Shown piece after piece: positions 35,765 through 49,580 of a DNA stretch of 64,000 nt. The stretch lies in the NCBI RefSeq assembly GCF_009914755.1, contig NC_060941.1, one strand, 5' to 3'. Below the pieces are notes generated by a model, which ran no database searches, had not been told where the DNA came from, and worked only from the letters and a program-made list of their open reading frames with translations. This DNA comes from the human T2T-CHM13v2.0 reference genome, Homo sapiens. Positions within the stretch are counted from its first letter, which is position 1. Every line of letters starts with the position of its first letter. The translations under genes were made by a program, and so were the position numbers.

Positions 35765-36665
35765 CTTTGTGGTTTTATCTACGTTTGGTCTTTGATGATG
35801 GTGATGTACAGATGGGTTTTTGGTGTGGATGTCCTTTCTGTTTGTTAGTTTTCCTTGTAACAGACAGGACCCTCAGCTGCAGGTCTGTTGGAGTACTGGG
35901 CCCTGTGAGGTGTCAGTCTGCCCCTGCTGGGGGGTGCCTCCCAGTTAGGCTGCTCGGGGGTCAGGGACCCACTTGAGGAGGCAGTCTGCCCGTTCTCAGA
36001 TCTCCAGCTGCGTGCTGGGAGAACCACTGCTCTCTTCAAAGCTGTCAGACAGGGACATTTAAGTCTGCAGAGGTTACTGCTGTCTTTTTGTTTGTCTGTG
36101 CCCTGCCCCCAGAGGTGGAGCCTACAGAGGCAGGCAGGCCTCCTTGAGCTGTGGTGGGCTCCACCCAGTTCGAGCTTCCCGGCTGCTTTGGTTACCTAAT
36201 CAAGCCTGGGCAATGGCAGGCGCCCCTCCCCCAGCCTCGCTGCCGCCTTGCAGTTTGATCTCAGACTGCTGTGCTAGCAATCAGCGAGACTCCGTGGGCG
36301 TAGGACCCTCCGAGCCAGGTAAGGGATGTAATCTCCTGGTGCGCCGTTTTTTAAGCCTGTCGGAAAAGCGCAGTATTCGGGTGGGAGTGACCCGATTTTC
36401 CAGGTGCCGTCTGTCACCCCTTTCTTTGACTAGGAAAGGGAACTCCCTGACCCCTTGAGCTTCCCGAGTGAGGCAATGCCTCGTCCTGCTTCGGCTCGCG
36501 CACGGTGCGCGCACCCACTGACCTGCGCCCACTGTCTGGCACTCCCTAGTGAGATGAACCCGGTACCTCAGATGGAAATGCAGAAATCACCCGTCTTCTG
36601 CGTCGCTCAACGCTGGGAGCTGTAGACCGGAGCTGTTCCTATTCGGCTATCTTGGCTCCTCCCCC
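35765..36665. promoter_or_regulatory. L1 5'UTR: CpG-rich sense promoter (-) and antisense promoter (+)
   Basis: Complete ~900-nt 5'UTR with dense retained CpGs over 36170-36650. Confidence 0.85.
36213..36458 (+). CDS. LINE-1 ORF0 (antisense, 81 aa; MAGAPPPASLPPCSLISDCCASNQRDSVGVGPSEPG...)
   Basis: GCAATGG Kozak context at 36213 and the recognisable ORF0 N-terminus. Splice donors fall at nt 106 (36318|GT) and nt 191 (36403|GT), the known ORF0 SD1/SD2 positions. Confidence 0.75.
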   Translation: MAGAPPPASLPPCSLISDCCASNQRDSVGVGPSEPGKGCNLLVRRFLSLSEKRSIRVGVTRFSRCRLSPLSLTRKGNSLTP

Positions 36666-36681
36666 TGGCTGTGGGTTTCTT

Positions 36682-39630
36682 ATAGATGGCTTTTATTACA
36701 TTGAGGTATGTCCCTTGTATGCCGATTTTGCTGAGTTTTAATCATAAAGCGATGCTGGATTTTGTCAAATGCTTTTACTGCATCTATTGAGATGACCATG
36801 TGATTTTTGTTTTTAATTCTGTTTATGTGGTGTATCACATTTATTGACATATCACATTTATTGGTATATGTTAAACTATCCTTGCATCCCTGGTATGAAA
36901 CCCCCTTGATTATGGTGAATTATCTTTTTGATATGTTGTTGGATTCAGTTAGCTAGTATTTTGTTAAGGATTTTAGCATCTATGTTCATGAGGGATATCA
37001 GTCTGTAGTTTTCTTTTTTGGTTATGTCCTTTCCTGGTTGTAGTATTAGGGTGATTCTGGCTTCATAGAATGAATTAGGGAGGGTTCCCTCTTTGTCATG
37101 TGGAATAGTGTCAAAAGGGTTGGTACCAATTCTTCTTTGAATGTCTGGTGGAATTCTGCTGTGGATCCATCTGGTCCTAGACTTTTGTTGTTGTTGTTGT
37201 TGGTAATTTAAAAATTACCATTTTAATCTCGCTGCTTGTTATTGGTTTGTTCAGGGTATCTAATTCTTCCTGATTTAAGCTAGGAGGGTTGTATTTTTCC
37301 AGGAATTTATCCATCTCTTCTAGGTTTTTTAGTTTAAATGCAAAGGTGTTCATAGTAGCCTTGAATGATCTTTTGTATTTTTGTGATGTCTGTTGTAATA
37401 TCTCCTGTTTTGTTTCTTATTGAGTTTATTTGGATTTTCTCTCTTCTTTTCTTGGTTAATCTTGCTAACAGCATATCAATTTTATTCATATTTTCAAAGA
37501 ACCAGCTTTGTGTTTCATTTATCTTTTTTATTTTTTTGTTTCAATTTCATTTAGTTCTGCTCTGATCTTGGTTATTTCCTTTTGTCTGCTGGGTTTTGTT
37601 TGTTCTTGTTTCTCTAGTTCCTTGAGGTATGACCTTAGAATGTCAGTTTGTGCTCTTTCAGTCTTTTTGATGTAGGCATTTAAGGCTATGAACTTTCCCC
37701 TTAGCCCCTCCTTTGCTGTATCCCAGAGGTTTTGATAGGTTGTGTCACTATTATTCAGTTTGAAGAACTTTTAAATTTCCATCTTGATTTCATTTTTGAC
37801 TCAATGATCATTTAGGAGCAGGTTATATAATTTCCATGTATTTGCATGGTTCTGAAGGTTCCTTTGGAATGGATTTCCAGTTTTATTCCACTGTGGTCTG
37901 AGAGAGTGCTTGATATAATTTCAATTTTCTTAAATTTATTGAGGCTCATTTTGTGGCCTATTGTATGGTCTGTCTTGGAGAAAGTTCCATGCACTACTGA
38001 ATAGAATGTGTATTCTGCAGTTGTTGGTTGGAATGTTCTGTATATATCTGTTAAGTCCATTTGTTACAAGGTATAGTTTAAATCCATTGTTTCTTTGTTG
38101 ACTTTCTTTCTTGATGACCTGTCTAGTGCTGTCAGTGGAGTATTGAAGTCCCCCACTATTATTGTGTTGCCGTCTATCTCATTTCTTACGTTATTAGTAA
38201 TTATTTTATAAATTTGGGAGCTCCAGTGTTAGGAGCATATATGTTTAGGATTGTGATGTTTTCCTGTTGGACACGGCCTTTTACCATTGTATAATGTCTC
38301 TGTCTTTTTTAACTGCCGTTGCTTTAAAGTTGGTTTTGTCTGATATAAGATAGCTACCCCTGCTTACTTTTGGTGTTCATTTGCATGAAATATCTTTTTC
38401 TACCCCTTTACTTTAAATGTATGCGAGTCCTTATATGTTAGATGAGTCTCCCGAAGGCAGCAGATGGTTGGTTGGTGATCTTATCCATTCTGCTGTTTTG
38501 TATTTTTTTAAGTGGAGCATTTAGACCATTTACATTCAGTGTTAATATTGAGATGTGAAGTACCATTCCATTCCTCATGCTATTTGTTGCCCATGTGCCT
38601 TGGTTTTTTTGTTTTTGCTTTTCAAATTGTATTTTTGTTTTATAGGTCCTGTGAGCTTTATGCTTTAAAGAGGTTCCATTTTGATGTGTTTCCAGGATTT
38701 GATTCAAGATTTAGAGCTCCTTTTAGCAGTTCTTGTAGTGGTGACTTGGTAGTGGTGAATTTTCTCAGCATTTGTTTGTATCCTTCTTTCATATATGACG
38801 CTTATTTTTGCTGGATACAGAATTCTTGGCTGATAATTGTTTTGATGGAGGAGGCTGAAGATATGGCCCCAGTCCTTTCTAGCTTGTAGGGTATCTGCTG
38901 TTAATCCTGATAGGTTTTCCTTTATAGGATACCTGGTATTTTTGTCTCATGTTTTTCTTTATAGGTTACCTGGTGATGTTTTTGCAATGAATTTCCCAGG
39001 TGTTCTTTGAGCTTCTTGTATTTGGATGTCTAGGTTTCTAGCAAGGCCAGGGAAGTTTTCCTTGATTATTCCCCCAAATATGTTTTCCAAACTTTTAGAT
39101 TTCTCTTCTTCCTCAGGAACACCAATTATTCTTAGATTTGGTCGTTTAACATAATCCCAGCCTTCTTGGAGGCTTTGTTCATATTTTCTTATTCTTTTTC
39201 CTTTGTCTTTGTTGGATTGGGTTAAGTCAAAGACCTTGTCTTCGAGCTCTGAATTTCTTTCTTCTACTTGTTCAATTCTATTGCTGAGACTTTCCAGAGC
39301 ATTTTGCATTACTAGAAGTATGTCCAATGTTTCCTGATGTTTTAACTGTTTTTTCTTTATTCTATCTATTTCCTTGAATATTTCTCCCTTCACTTCTTGT
39401 ATTGATTTTTGGATTTCCTTGCATTGGGCTTCACCTTTCTCTGGTGCCTCCCTAATTAGCTTAATAACTAACCTCCTGAATTCTTTTTCAGGTTAATCAG
39501 GGATTTTTTTCTTGGTTTGGATCCATTGCTGGTGAGCTAGTGTGATTTTTTGGGGAGTGTCAAAGAGCCTTGTTTTGTCATATTAATTACCAGAGTTGGT
39601 TTTCTGGTTCCTTCTCATTTGGGTAGGTTA
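36682..39630 (-). mobile_element. Older L1 (L1PB1-like), 5' part: ORF2 N-terminal half and ORF1 remnant
   Basis: ORF2 sequence resumes directly after the TSD. EN fragment 37812-38060; ORF1 fragment 38959-39393 (KRPNLRIIGVPE). Confidence 0.85.
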
Positions 39631-40254
39631 TTATTAAGTCTTAGTAGTTTTGGTGAGCCTGGGCCCTTGGACTGTGAACTTCACAAGTGCTTCTTAGTCT
39701 ATCCCTTCCCTCCCCTTAGGTGGAACAGCTAGAGTGGCTAGAGCTGGGTATCCCCCTACCCTTAGGTCAGTTAGGCTGTGAGAAAAACCTAAGTAATTTA
39801 AGCTCTGGTAAATTAGTTTCTCCTGAGGGCAGGCCTTGTTAAGAAAACTAGAATGTTTTGGTATATTTAAAAATTACTTTTCTCCTACCCCTTTTGGAAG
39901 GATGAAGAGATTTTTCTCCAATATTTACTGTAAGAACTTGGTTGAGCTCCTGGAGGTAAAACTCACAAAAGTGTGTTGTGTTTTGGGTGCCGCGGTGGGG
40001 GGTGGCGCTTGATAACTGGGCCCCACTGGAGTTTTTCATCTCTCAGACTTGTCCACACTGAGCCTCCAGCAATTTGTCAATTACAGTTCAGGGCTTCCCT
40101 ACTCCTGGCACTGGTTCTTGCAGAGGTTTCTGCTTGTGGGTTTCTGCTCTGTTAAGTTGTGATTGTTTCTATTTGCTTGTCTGTCTCTCTAATTTTGGGG
40201 GCAGTAGTTTGCCCTGTGACTTCACTTCTCCAAAAGACCTAATAAGAGTTGCTG

Positions 40255-40256
<2 letters not shown>

Positions 40257-40285
<29 letters not shown>

Positions 40286-42490
40286 ATGGAGTCTCACATT
40301 GTTGCCTGGGCTGGAGTGCAGTGGCACGATCTCGGCTCCCGGGTTCACGTGGTTCTCCTGCCTCAGCCTCCCAGGTAGCCGGGATTACAGGTGCCCACCA
40401 CCATGCCCAGATAATTTTTTATATTTTTAGTAGAGACGGGGTTTTACCATGTTGGCCAGACTGGTCTCAAACTCCTGACCTCATGATCCGCCTGCCTCAA
40501 CCTCCCAAACTGCTGGGATTACAGGCGTGAGCCACCACACCCGGCTGAGTTGTTGATTTTTTAGTTTGTTCAGCTTTTTACTTGTTAGAATGAAGTGATG
40601 ACTGCCGACCTCCTTATGTGCCAGACTAGAAACTGGGAGTCTCCTATTTAGTCGTCCTTAAAAATTGTAAGCTGGACATTGTTGGTGATGCATTGTAGCA
40701 ATTCTGATTTCTGTTACCTGAGAGTGTTGATTTTTGTTTTCACTGGCAGCTAATCAGTAGTCAGTTCCCTTGAACTTATAAAGCCTTAGTTTTACACTTT
40801 GTTAGGACGAGTCTTTCAGATTTTTCCCTTGATCTTAGGCAGATCCCTCAGTCCTGGGACACAGTCTCTACTCCTAGCATGAACTGTTTGTCAAAGCTCA
40901 TGTCACTGCCCTGTACTGGCAATGAAGAATAATCAAATTCTATTCCAAACTGTAGGCAAAGACAACTATTAATCTCTACTGATCAACTTGACTCTCAGCC
41001 ACAGGTGGAAAACCAGTAATAAAAAAGGGTTGTCTAAAGGCTTTGAGATCTACCCATTCTCCTAAATATTTCAAATTTTATTTCTGGCCAGATTGGACCA
41101 GAAGGCTGAATCCTTAGGTGGTATGGCTTTGCCCCTATAGACTTCCTTGTATTGAGTTGCATGTTGGCATCTGCCCTCATCATATAGTAAAGGATGTGAT
41201 AAGAAGTCGTCAGTGGAACCATCCTAATCTCAGTTTTATTTTTCATAAGAATGCCAGTGAGCATTCCATCCTACAGGGTCCCCTGTAGGAGAAGGAGCCA
41301 CTGGAAGAATTTCTCTCAGATTTTAGTGCCAGAAAAAGCTCTGCTTCTCCTGAGCAACTGATAAGTTTCTATCTCATTAATGTTTGGCTGCTGCTAAGCT
41401 CAGAAGCAAAGTCAGTGTTTAGGAACTCTTGTAATTTTGAGGGCTATCTTTTGCTTTAATTCCCTTTGTTTATTTAATTATGTCATATTTATTTCCATCA
41501 GACCCTTAACTGCTTTTTCTATAGCAAAGCCAAAAAAAAAAAAAAAAAAAGTCATCGGAATCATAAAGAGCCAAGGAAGCTGCTATCATTCCAAACATTT
41601 TTGTCCTTCCTCTTCTGGATGGCTTTCACAGCCAGATTCGAATCCACGTAAGACTGTCATCTTCAACCCAAAGTGAAATGACTCACCTGCCTTTCTACTT
41701 GATTCACCAATTGGTAGTCAAGAAATCGATTTTCAAAAAAATCAAATTTACTCCTAAAGGGCAGAGGTTAAAGATACTTTAAAAAATTATATCCTGGCTG
41801 GTGTGGTGGCTCACGCCTGTAATCCCAGCACTTTGGGAGGCCGAAGTGGGCAGATCATGAGGTTAGGAGTTCGAGACCAGCCTGGCCAACAGACCAGCCT
41901 GGCCAATATGGTGAAACGCCATCTCTACTAAAAATACAAAAATTAGCCGAGCGTGGTGGCAGGTGCCTGTGATCCCAGCTACTCAGGAGGCTGAGGCAGG
42001 AGAATTGCTTGAACCTGGGAGGCAGAGGTTGCAGTGAGCTGAAGATTGTGCCATTGCACTCCAGCCTGGGTGACAGAGCGAGACTCCAACTTGAAAAAAT
42101 AATTATATCCTGATTTTGTGTCAATAAAGATACTTGAATGAATGTTCTACTGGCCCTGAAGGCGAGTTCAAGGAGAACTTCCAAATCATTTTAGTGTGGC
42201 TGCAGTGGTTCCTGCTGATAATCCCAGCATTTTGGGAGGCTGGGACAGGAGGATTGCTTGAGGCCAGGAGTTTGAGACCAGCTTGAGGAACATAGCGGGA
42301 CCCTGTCTCTGGAAAAAAAAAAAAAAAAGTTGGGCGTGGTGGTGCATGCCTGTAGCCCCATCTACTTGGGAGGCTGAAGTGGGAGGATCACTTGAGCCCA
42401 AAAAGGCTGAAGCTGCAGTGAGCTAGGATCACGCTACTGCATTCCAGCCTGGGCAACGAAGCCAGACCCTGCCTCAAAAAACAAAAACAG
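40257..42490. mobile_element. Alu copies at ~40257-40546 (-), 41796-42097 (+) and 42200-42490 (+)
   Basis: Alu consensus. Confidence 0.82.
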
Positions 42491-42626
42491 AAATGAAAAA
42501 AGCAAAACATTTTGGACCACAGGATCATCACTGGAAGGAGCAAATAGATTCTCAAGGTAATATTTCTTTGACAGAGAGAGCCATCATTGGAACATTTGGT
42601 TATCTGGTATGTTTGAATTAATGTAG

Positions 42627-42980
<354 letters not shown>

Positions 42981-43297
42981 CAGACCAATTTTTATTCCAC
43001 GAGGAGGAGTACCTGGAAATTAGGCAAGTTTGCTTCCAAATTTCATTTTTACCCTCTTTACAAACACACGCTTTAGTTTAGTCTTGGAGTTTAGTTTTGG
43101 AGTTAGCCTTGCATATCCCTTCTGTATCCTGTCCCTCCTCCACGCCGACCCGAGAGCAGCTGAGCTGCGCTGGCTCTGGGCAGGGAGTGTGCCTTAATGG
43201 GAAGCACACGGGCTTTGGAGTCAGGCACAGGTGCCAGCTCCAGCTTTTGAACTTGGGCAATTGTTTAACCTAACCTGCAAGTTGATTTTGAGGGTTA

Positions 43298-43358
43298 AAT
43301 AAAGGCATACATGAAAATGCCTGGCAAATTACCTGACACAGAGCAGACATTCAATACA
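43298..43358 (+). terminator. ARSG: Candidate ARSG polyadenylation signals (AATAAA 43298-43303; AATACA 43353-43358)
   Basis: Hexamers 320-380 nt after the stop codon, followed by a T/GT-rich tract. Confidence 0.6.
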
Positions 43359-43811
43359 TTTTAGTTTCCTTGTTTCTCTGGTTCCCAGTTTCTCTGGTCA
43401 TTTTGGTGTAAATCCATTCTAATTAGTATTTAGGGCAGAGCTTCTCTCTCTTTTCTCTTTTTTTCCTTCCACAAACCAGTGTACTCACTGGTCTCCATCT
43501 TTAATATGCAAACAAATCACCTGGGATCTTGTGAGAATCCGGATTCCGTCTCAGTAGGGCTCGAGTAGATCCTGAAATCCTACATTTCTATCAAACAATG
43601 CCTTGAGGAGCACAGATTTAGACCAAAGTTAGGTCGTTTTCCAGATCTCAGAGCAGACGAGTCCATGGATAAGTCTGTGGCCCAATCCCCTTCCTCTCCT
43701 TTTAAGGGTGAAATGACTGCATTTAAAAGAAGTTAAAGAGTTCCTCCTGTCCCCTATAACCACAAGGAAACAAAAAAATATATAAAAACCTCAAAAATGC
43801 ATTGCCATGAT

Positions 43812-43860
43812 TTTATTATTAGTGTCCAAAATGGGACTCCCAAGTAATAAATGATTTATT
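43812..43860 (-). terminator. WIPI1: Candidate WIPI1 polyadenylation signals (AATAAA on - strand at 43812-43817 and 43855-43860)
   Basis: TTTATT on + strand 430-480 nt past the stop, with T-rich sequence downstream on the - strand. Confidence 0.7.
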
Positions 43861-44289
43861 CCAGCCACAGCCAAAAAAGACTTTGCCTGGCTAAAAGAGT
43901 CTCTCTCTAAGTATGTAATATACAAGAAATACAATTCAAAGAGATGTTCCTATAAGTACATTTTTTACACGGCATATATTTAAAAAGGAGGCCCCTTTTA
44001 ATATAAAATTCCGGTTATATACCAATATGGTTAATTAGCATTTACACTATAGTTTGAACGTATTTTAAATAGCATGATGTGTATACAATGTCTCCCGCGC
44101 CCATTGGCAACCAGGGTCGTGGGAAGCTTGGTGAGGAGTTAACCAGGTCCTGTGGTTTAAGCAGTGGAGCACCCGGGATTCCTGCCCCCCTTTCTGCTCA
44201 CACAATTGCACTCCATTCTTCCGCCTTCCTTGTTTTCTCCAAAACCACCTGATAGGGGGGATGTCCTGATTTCTGAGGTGTGCTTCTCA

Positions 44290-44337
44290 TCATGACTGCT
44301 TCGTTTTGCCCTTCTGATTTCCACGGCACAAGATTAT
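44290..44337 (-). CDS. WIPI1: WIPI1 terminal coding exon (IILCRGNQKGKTKQS*)
   Basis: TAG acceptor at 44338-44339 (-), phase 0, TGA at 44290-44292. Confidence 0.88.
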   Translation of the reverse strand: MILCRGNQKGKTKQS

Positions 44338-44648
44338 CTACCAAAATCAAAACAGAATGGCCTTACTCTTCTCAGGAAGAGGCTGGTAGGCAGGTGCATT
44401 ATCAACAGGTCTGTGCCCATGCAGAGTGAGCAGGGAGAGGCTGGGCACTGTGGAATTTTTCTGTCTGAACTCGCTCATGGCCACAGAATGGTCACCCAGC
44501 TTATTTAGGTGTAGACAAGTATGACACAGTTCTAGAAAATACTGACTATAAAAATGTCTCTGTGTGTGTGTGTATGTATTTATATGTATATGTATATATT
44601 TTTAAAAGGCTCATCTTACTTGTAAACATGGACTGCTCAATCACTATT

Positions 44649-45286
<638 letters not shown>

Positions 45287-46966
45287 TACCCTTGGGCCTG
45301 ATTTCCTGACTCTTGCTCACAAGATTGGGACTAGTCTCACAAAATACAGAGACTTGTACAGGTTGGCTTGTTCCTGAAACAAAAGCTTCTCATCCTCCCG
45401 AATGTAGCAGCTTTCTAAGGCACCAGAAATGATCAAGTCTCTTTTCTTTCACTGCTCTCAGAGCAAAAGTAAATCCCAAGGAGGCAAGCGTGATCCTACG
45501 CAGGGAAGTGTCAGTATGTGTTCTGAAAAGATCACTAGTGATGACCCGCGTTCTTAAGGCAGCGGCTCACAGAGCTCCTGTAGCAGACTACTCAGGCAAG
45601 CCTATGTTTGTTCGTCACTACAAGAGAGGCGATTTTAACCAAGCTGAGACTCCAAGAGCCTTTTGTGGTCCTAGAAGATTTTAAGGAATGTGAGTAAAGA
45701 TGTGAATTCTGCACAGAGATTTGCAATAGGCATGACAATTCAGAATAAGGAGACAGAGAGGAAGTTCCCTAGCATCCCTCGCTGAACATTTCTGCCAATT
45801 CAGGCATGACTGAGATGGGCCATATTGATAGAGCATCCCAGGAGCATGCATGCCTCTGGTCCTTACATGGTGAGATGGAGAAGCCTGCCTGCTACTGAGA
45901 CAGTGCCTTAGTGGGAGCACTGCCCCTCATCACCATCTACCTGCAGGCTGGAGGGCAGACTGAGAGGTTGGTGGCTGCCACGACACAGCCCTGCACACAG
46001 GGGCTGCCTGACACTCACAAGGGTCTAACACCTGTTCTAGGGACCTTGTTCAGTGACCACTCTCACTGGCAGGAAGTATTTCTTGCGTATAAATAAGAAT
46101 TCCTGATGCAATTTCAACCAACTTTCACTCATTTGGTCCTTAGGAGGGAGAAGAAACAACTGGCTCATGCCCAGCTTCCTGGCACTGAATGGGCACACAG
46201 GCCTCAGGACAAACTTTCTTACTGGTTCTTCAATTAAGCACCTCCCCTTTTCCTTTTTACCCCAAATAAATGATCTGCACAAGGTACCTATTATTTTATA
46301 CAGGTTCTTTGGCAAGGAACTACCTCCTAGATACTAATATCCACATTACCCCAATTCTGTAACTATAAGAGGTTGCAAGGCTTACTGCGATTACAATTAA
46401 GAATCTAATAATATTTTATAGTAGTTACAGACTTTTACCAAAATTAGTGAAACGGAACCTAGTGAGTGTCTGGATGTGGTAAACCCTGACAGAGTAGAAT
46501 GGTCACATTTGTCCCCACGGTGTCTGACCTAGAGTGCTCTGGATCCTGGAAGCCTCGACTTCAGGTAAATAACCACCGCCTCTTGAGGGTGCAGAAGAAC
46601 GCCCTTTAAGGCCAGTTGGGGCCATGAGAACCCAAAGGTAAAACAACTGGTTTATAGTTAGGCAGCATGCCAACAGAGGTTTTGAAGTTTATAATTAGTA
46701 TTTTTAAGAACAACTGCTCTCCGCCACTGAGATATAAACTTCACTTGCCAGCCACGTCTCTGACAACCTGCCTATTGAAAGCCAGAAATGTAAAAGCTCA
46801 CGCTGCGACCGACCCGCAGAGCCGATGTGGGAAATCACAAAACAACAGCCCCAGCCCTGCATGCAGGGCCCCACCGCAGCTTTGTTTTCTAAGCCAAATG
46901 TGCTCACTAGAGGGTTCCACGGATCTGCGGGAGAAAGAAGCCAGACCTGCACTCCATCCTTTTACA

Positions 46967-47064
46967 ATTGGAAGCTCAATGGACACAAAACAATGATCAG
47001 GAGAAGTTTCCATAACAAAGCCTAATGGACATTGTTTCAGTGCCCAAGTGGCAGCTCCTCTCTG
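46967..47064 (-). ncRNA. MIR635: MIR635 precursor (mature ACUUGGGCACUGAAACAAUGUCC at 47027-47049) in the last WIPI1 intron
   Basis: Matches the recalled hsa-mir-635 sequence. Imperfect hairpin; same strand as the host gene. Confidence 0.8.
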
Positions 47065-47108
47065 GCTCTAGGAGCTGATGCTCCAAGTCTTGGCCCAAAC
47101 ACTACTTC

Positions 47109-48032
<924 letters not shown>

Positions 48033-48587
48033 CACTTGTTTCTTAATGAGTGTCTGCAACTGCTGGGGAGGTGCGGGTCTGCCGGCCAGAGCTGCAGGTA
48101 AGTGAGGGTCAAGCTGGTTCACAGAGTGCAGCAACTCAGCTCAGAGTCCTGAACACACAGCCCAGCCCTCTGAAACCATCCCCTCCAGCACAAGGAAGGC
48201 AGCATTCTGCAAACGCATCCATGGGAGCCTCAGGAAAATAAGTTTTAGACAAGTCACGTGTTCCTACCTTCCAGGCAGCAAAGTCAGTGCTACAGAAGCA
48301 AAGTAAGGGATCGCAGGCCTCTGGCTGGAGGGAGGCCACCAAGACTCCCTGGATTAGTATTCGGTGACTCTAATGCCATCAGGGTTTAGCTCGACACCTA
48401 AAGCCTACTCTGTAGGATTCGAAGCACACAGTACAACAAATATCCTATGGCTTTCCAAATACTAGAGCAGAGAATTAGTTGTTATAGATTAGAAAACAGG
48501 GAAAGGGACTCTGCCTCTCGTATGAGGCGGAGGTTTCCTTCTAAGCACACAGACTGAGCCGCCCAGTTACGGGTTCCTAATGCTCAC

Positions 48588-48688
48588 AGGAGGAAACTCA
48601 TTCTCATCATCAAGACACACTGGTCCCGTCGCAAACTCATGTTCAGGAATAACTTCTCCTCGCAGCGCCCCGCCGTCCTCAGAATAAC
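48588..48688 (-). CDS. WIPI1: WIPI1 penultimate coding exon (101 nt; YSEDGGALRGEVIPEHEFATGPVCLDDENEFPP)
   Basis: ttcCAG acceptor, GTGAGC donor. Acidic EFPP motif typical of WIPI1/2. Confidence 0.92.
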
Positions 48689-49046
48689 CTGGAAACCAAG
48701 AAAGAGACATGAAACAAGCACTGGGGATCTGCTTTTATGCCATGACCTGGCGGGTGGGGAGCGGGGGCTCAAATAAAGGGCAAAGGAAGCAAAGGGGCTG
48801 TCTGTCTTCCCCCTGGAGGTACTGTGCCTAGGACAAGTCATAATCCTCACCATCTGCCATCTTTAAGCCTGACCTGCCTTTCCACTTCAGATGCCTGAGG
48901 CATCCTACCTCTTTGAATTTTTCTTTGTTGAGGTAGGGTCTCAGTATGTTGCCCAGGCTGGTCTCGAACTCCTGAGCCTAAGGGATCCTTCTGCCTCAAT
49001 TTAACTTCCTGAGTGGCTAGGACTACAGGCTCTTTGGAAATTTTAG

Positions 49047-49229
<183 letters not shown>

Positions 49230-49493
49230 TAGAGATGGGGTTTCACCATGTTGGCTAGGCTGGTCTCAAACCCCTGGCCTCCAGTGATCCGCTGGCCTCA
49301 GCCTCCCAAAGTGCTGGGATTACAGGCGTGAGCCAATGTGCCTGGCCTCATTGGAATTTTTGAAGAGGCAAAGGGTTAACACCACTTGTTAGGAAAAAGA
49401 CCGTATCGTGTGATGCCTTGCCAGGTTGAGGGTCCCAGGTTTAAAGGCTATTACCATGGCCTCACCTGTGAGAAAATAAAAAATTCAAGGAGA

Positions 49494-49580
49494 GCACTCC
49501 ACCCCCAGGTAACAGTGAAGGGGGAAGGGGAGGGAGGGCACTCCACCCCCAGGTAACAGTGAAGGGGGAAGGGGAGGGAG
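49494..49580. repeat. 44-bp tandem duplication, G-rich on + strand
   Basis: GCACTCCACCCCCAGGTAACAGTGAAGGGGGAAGGGGAGGGAG x2. Confidence 0.88.
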
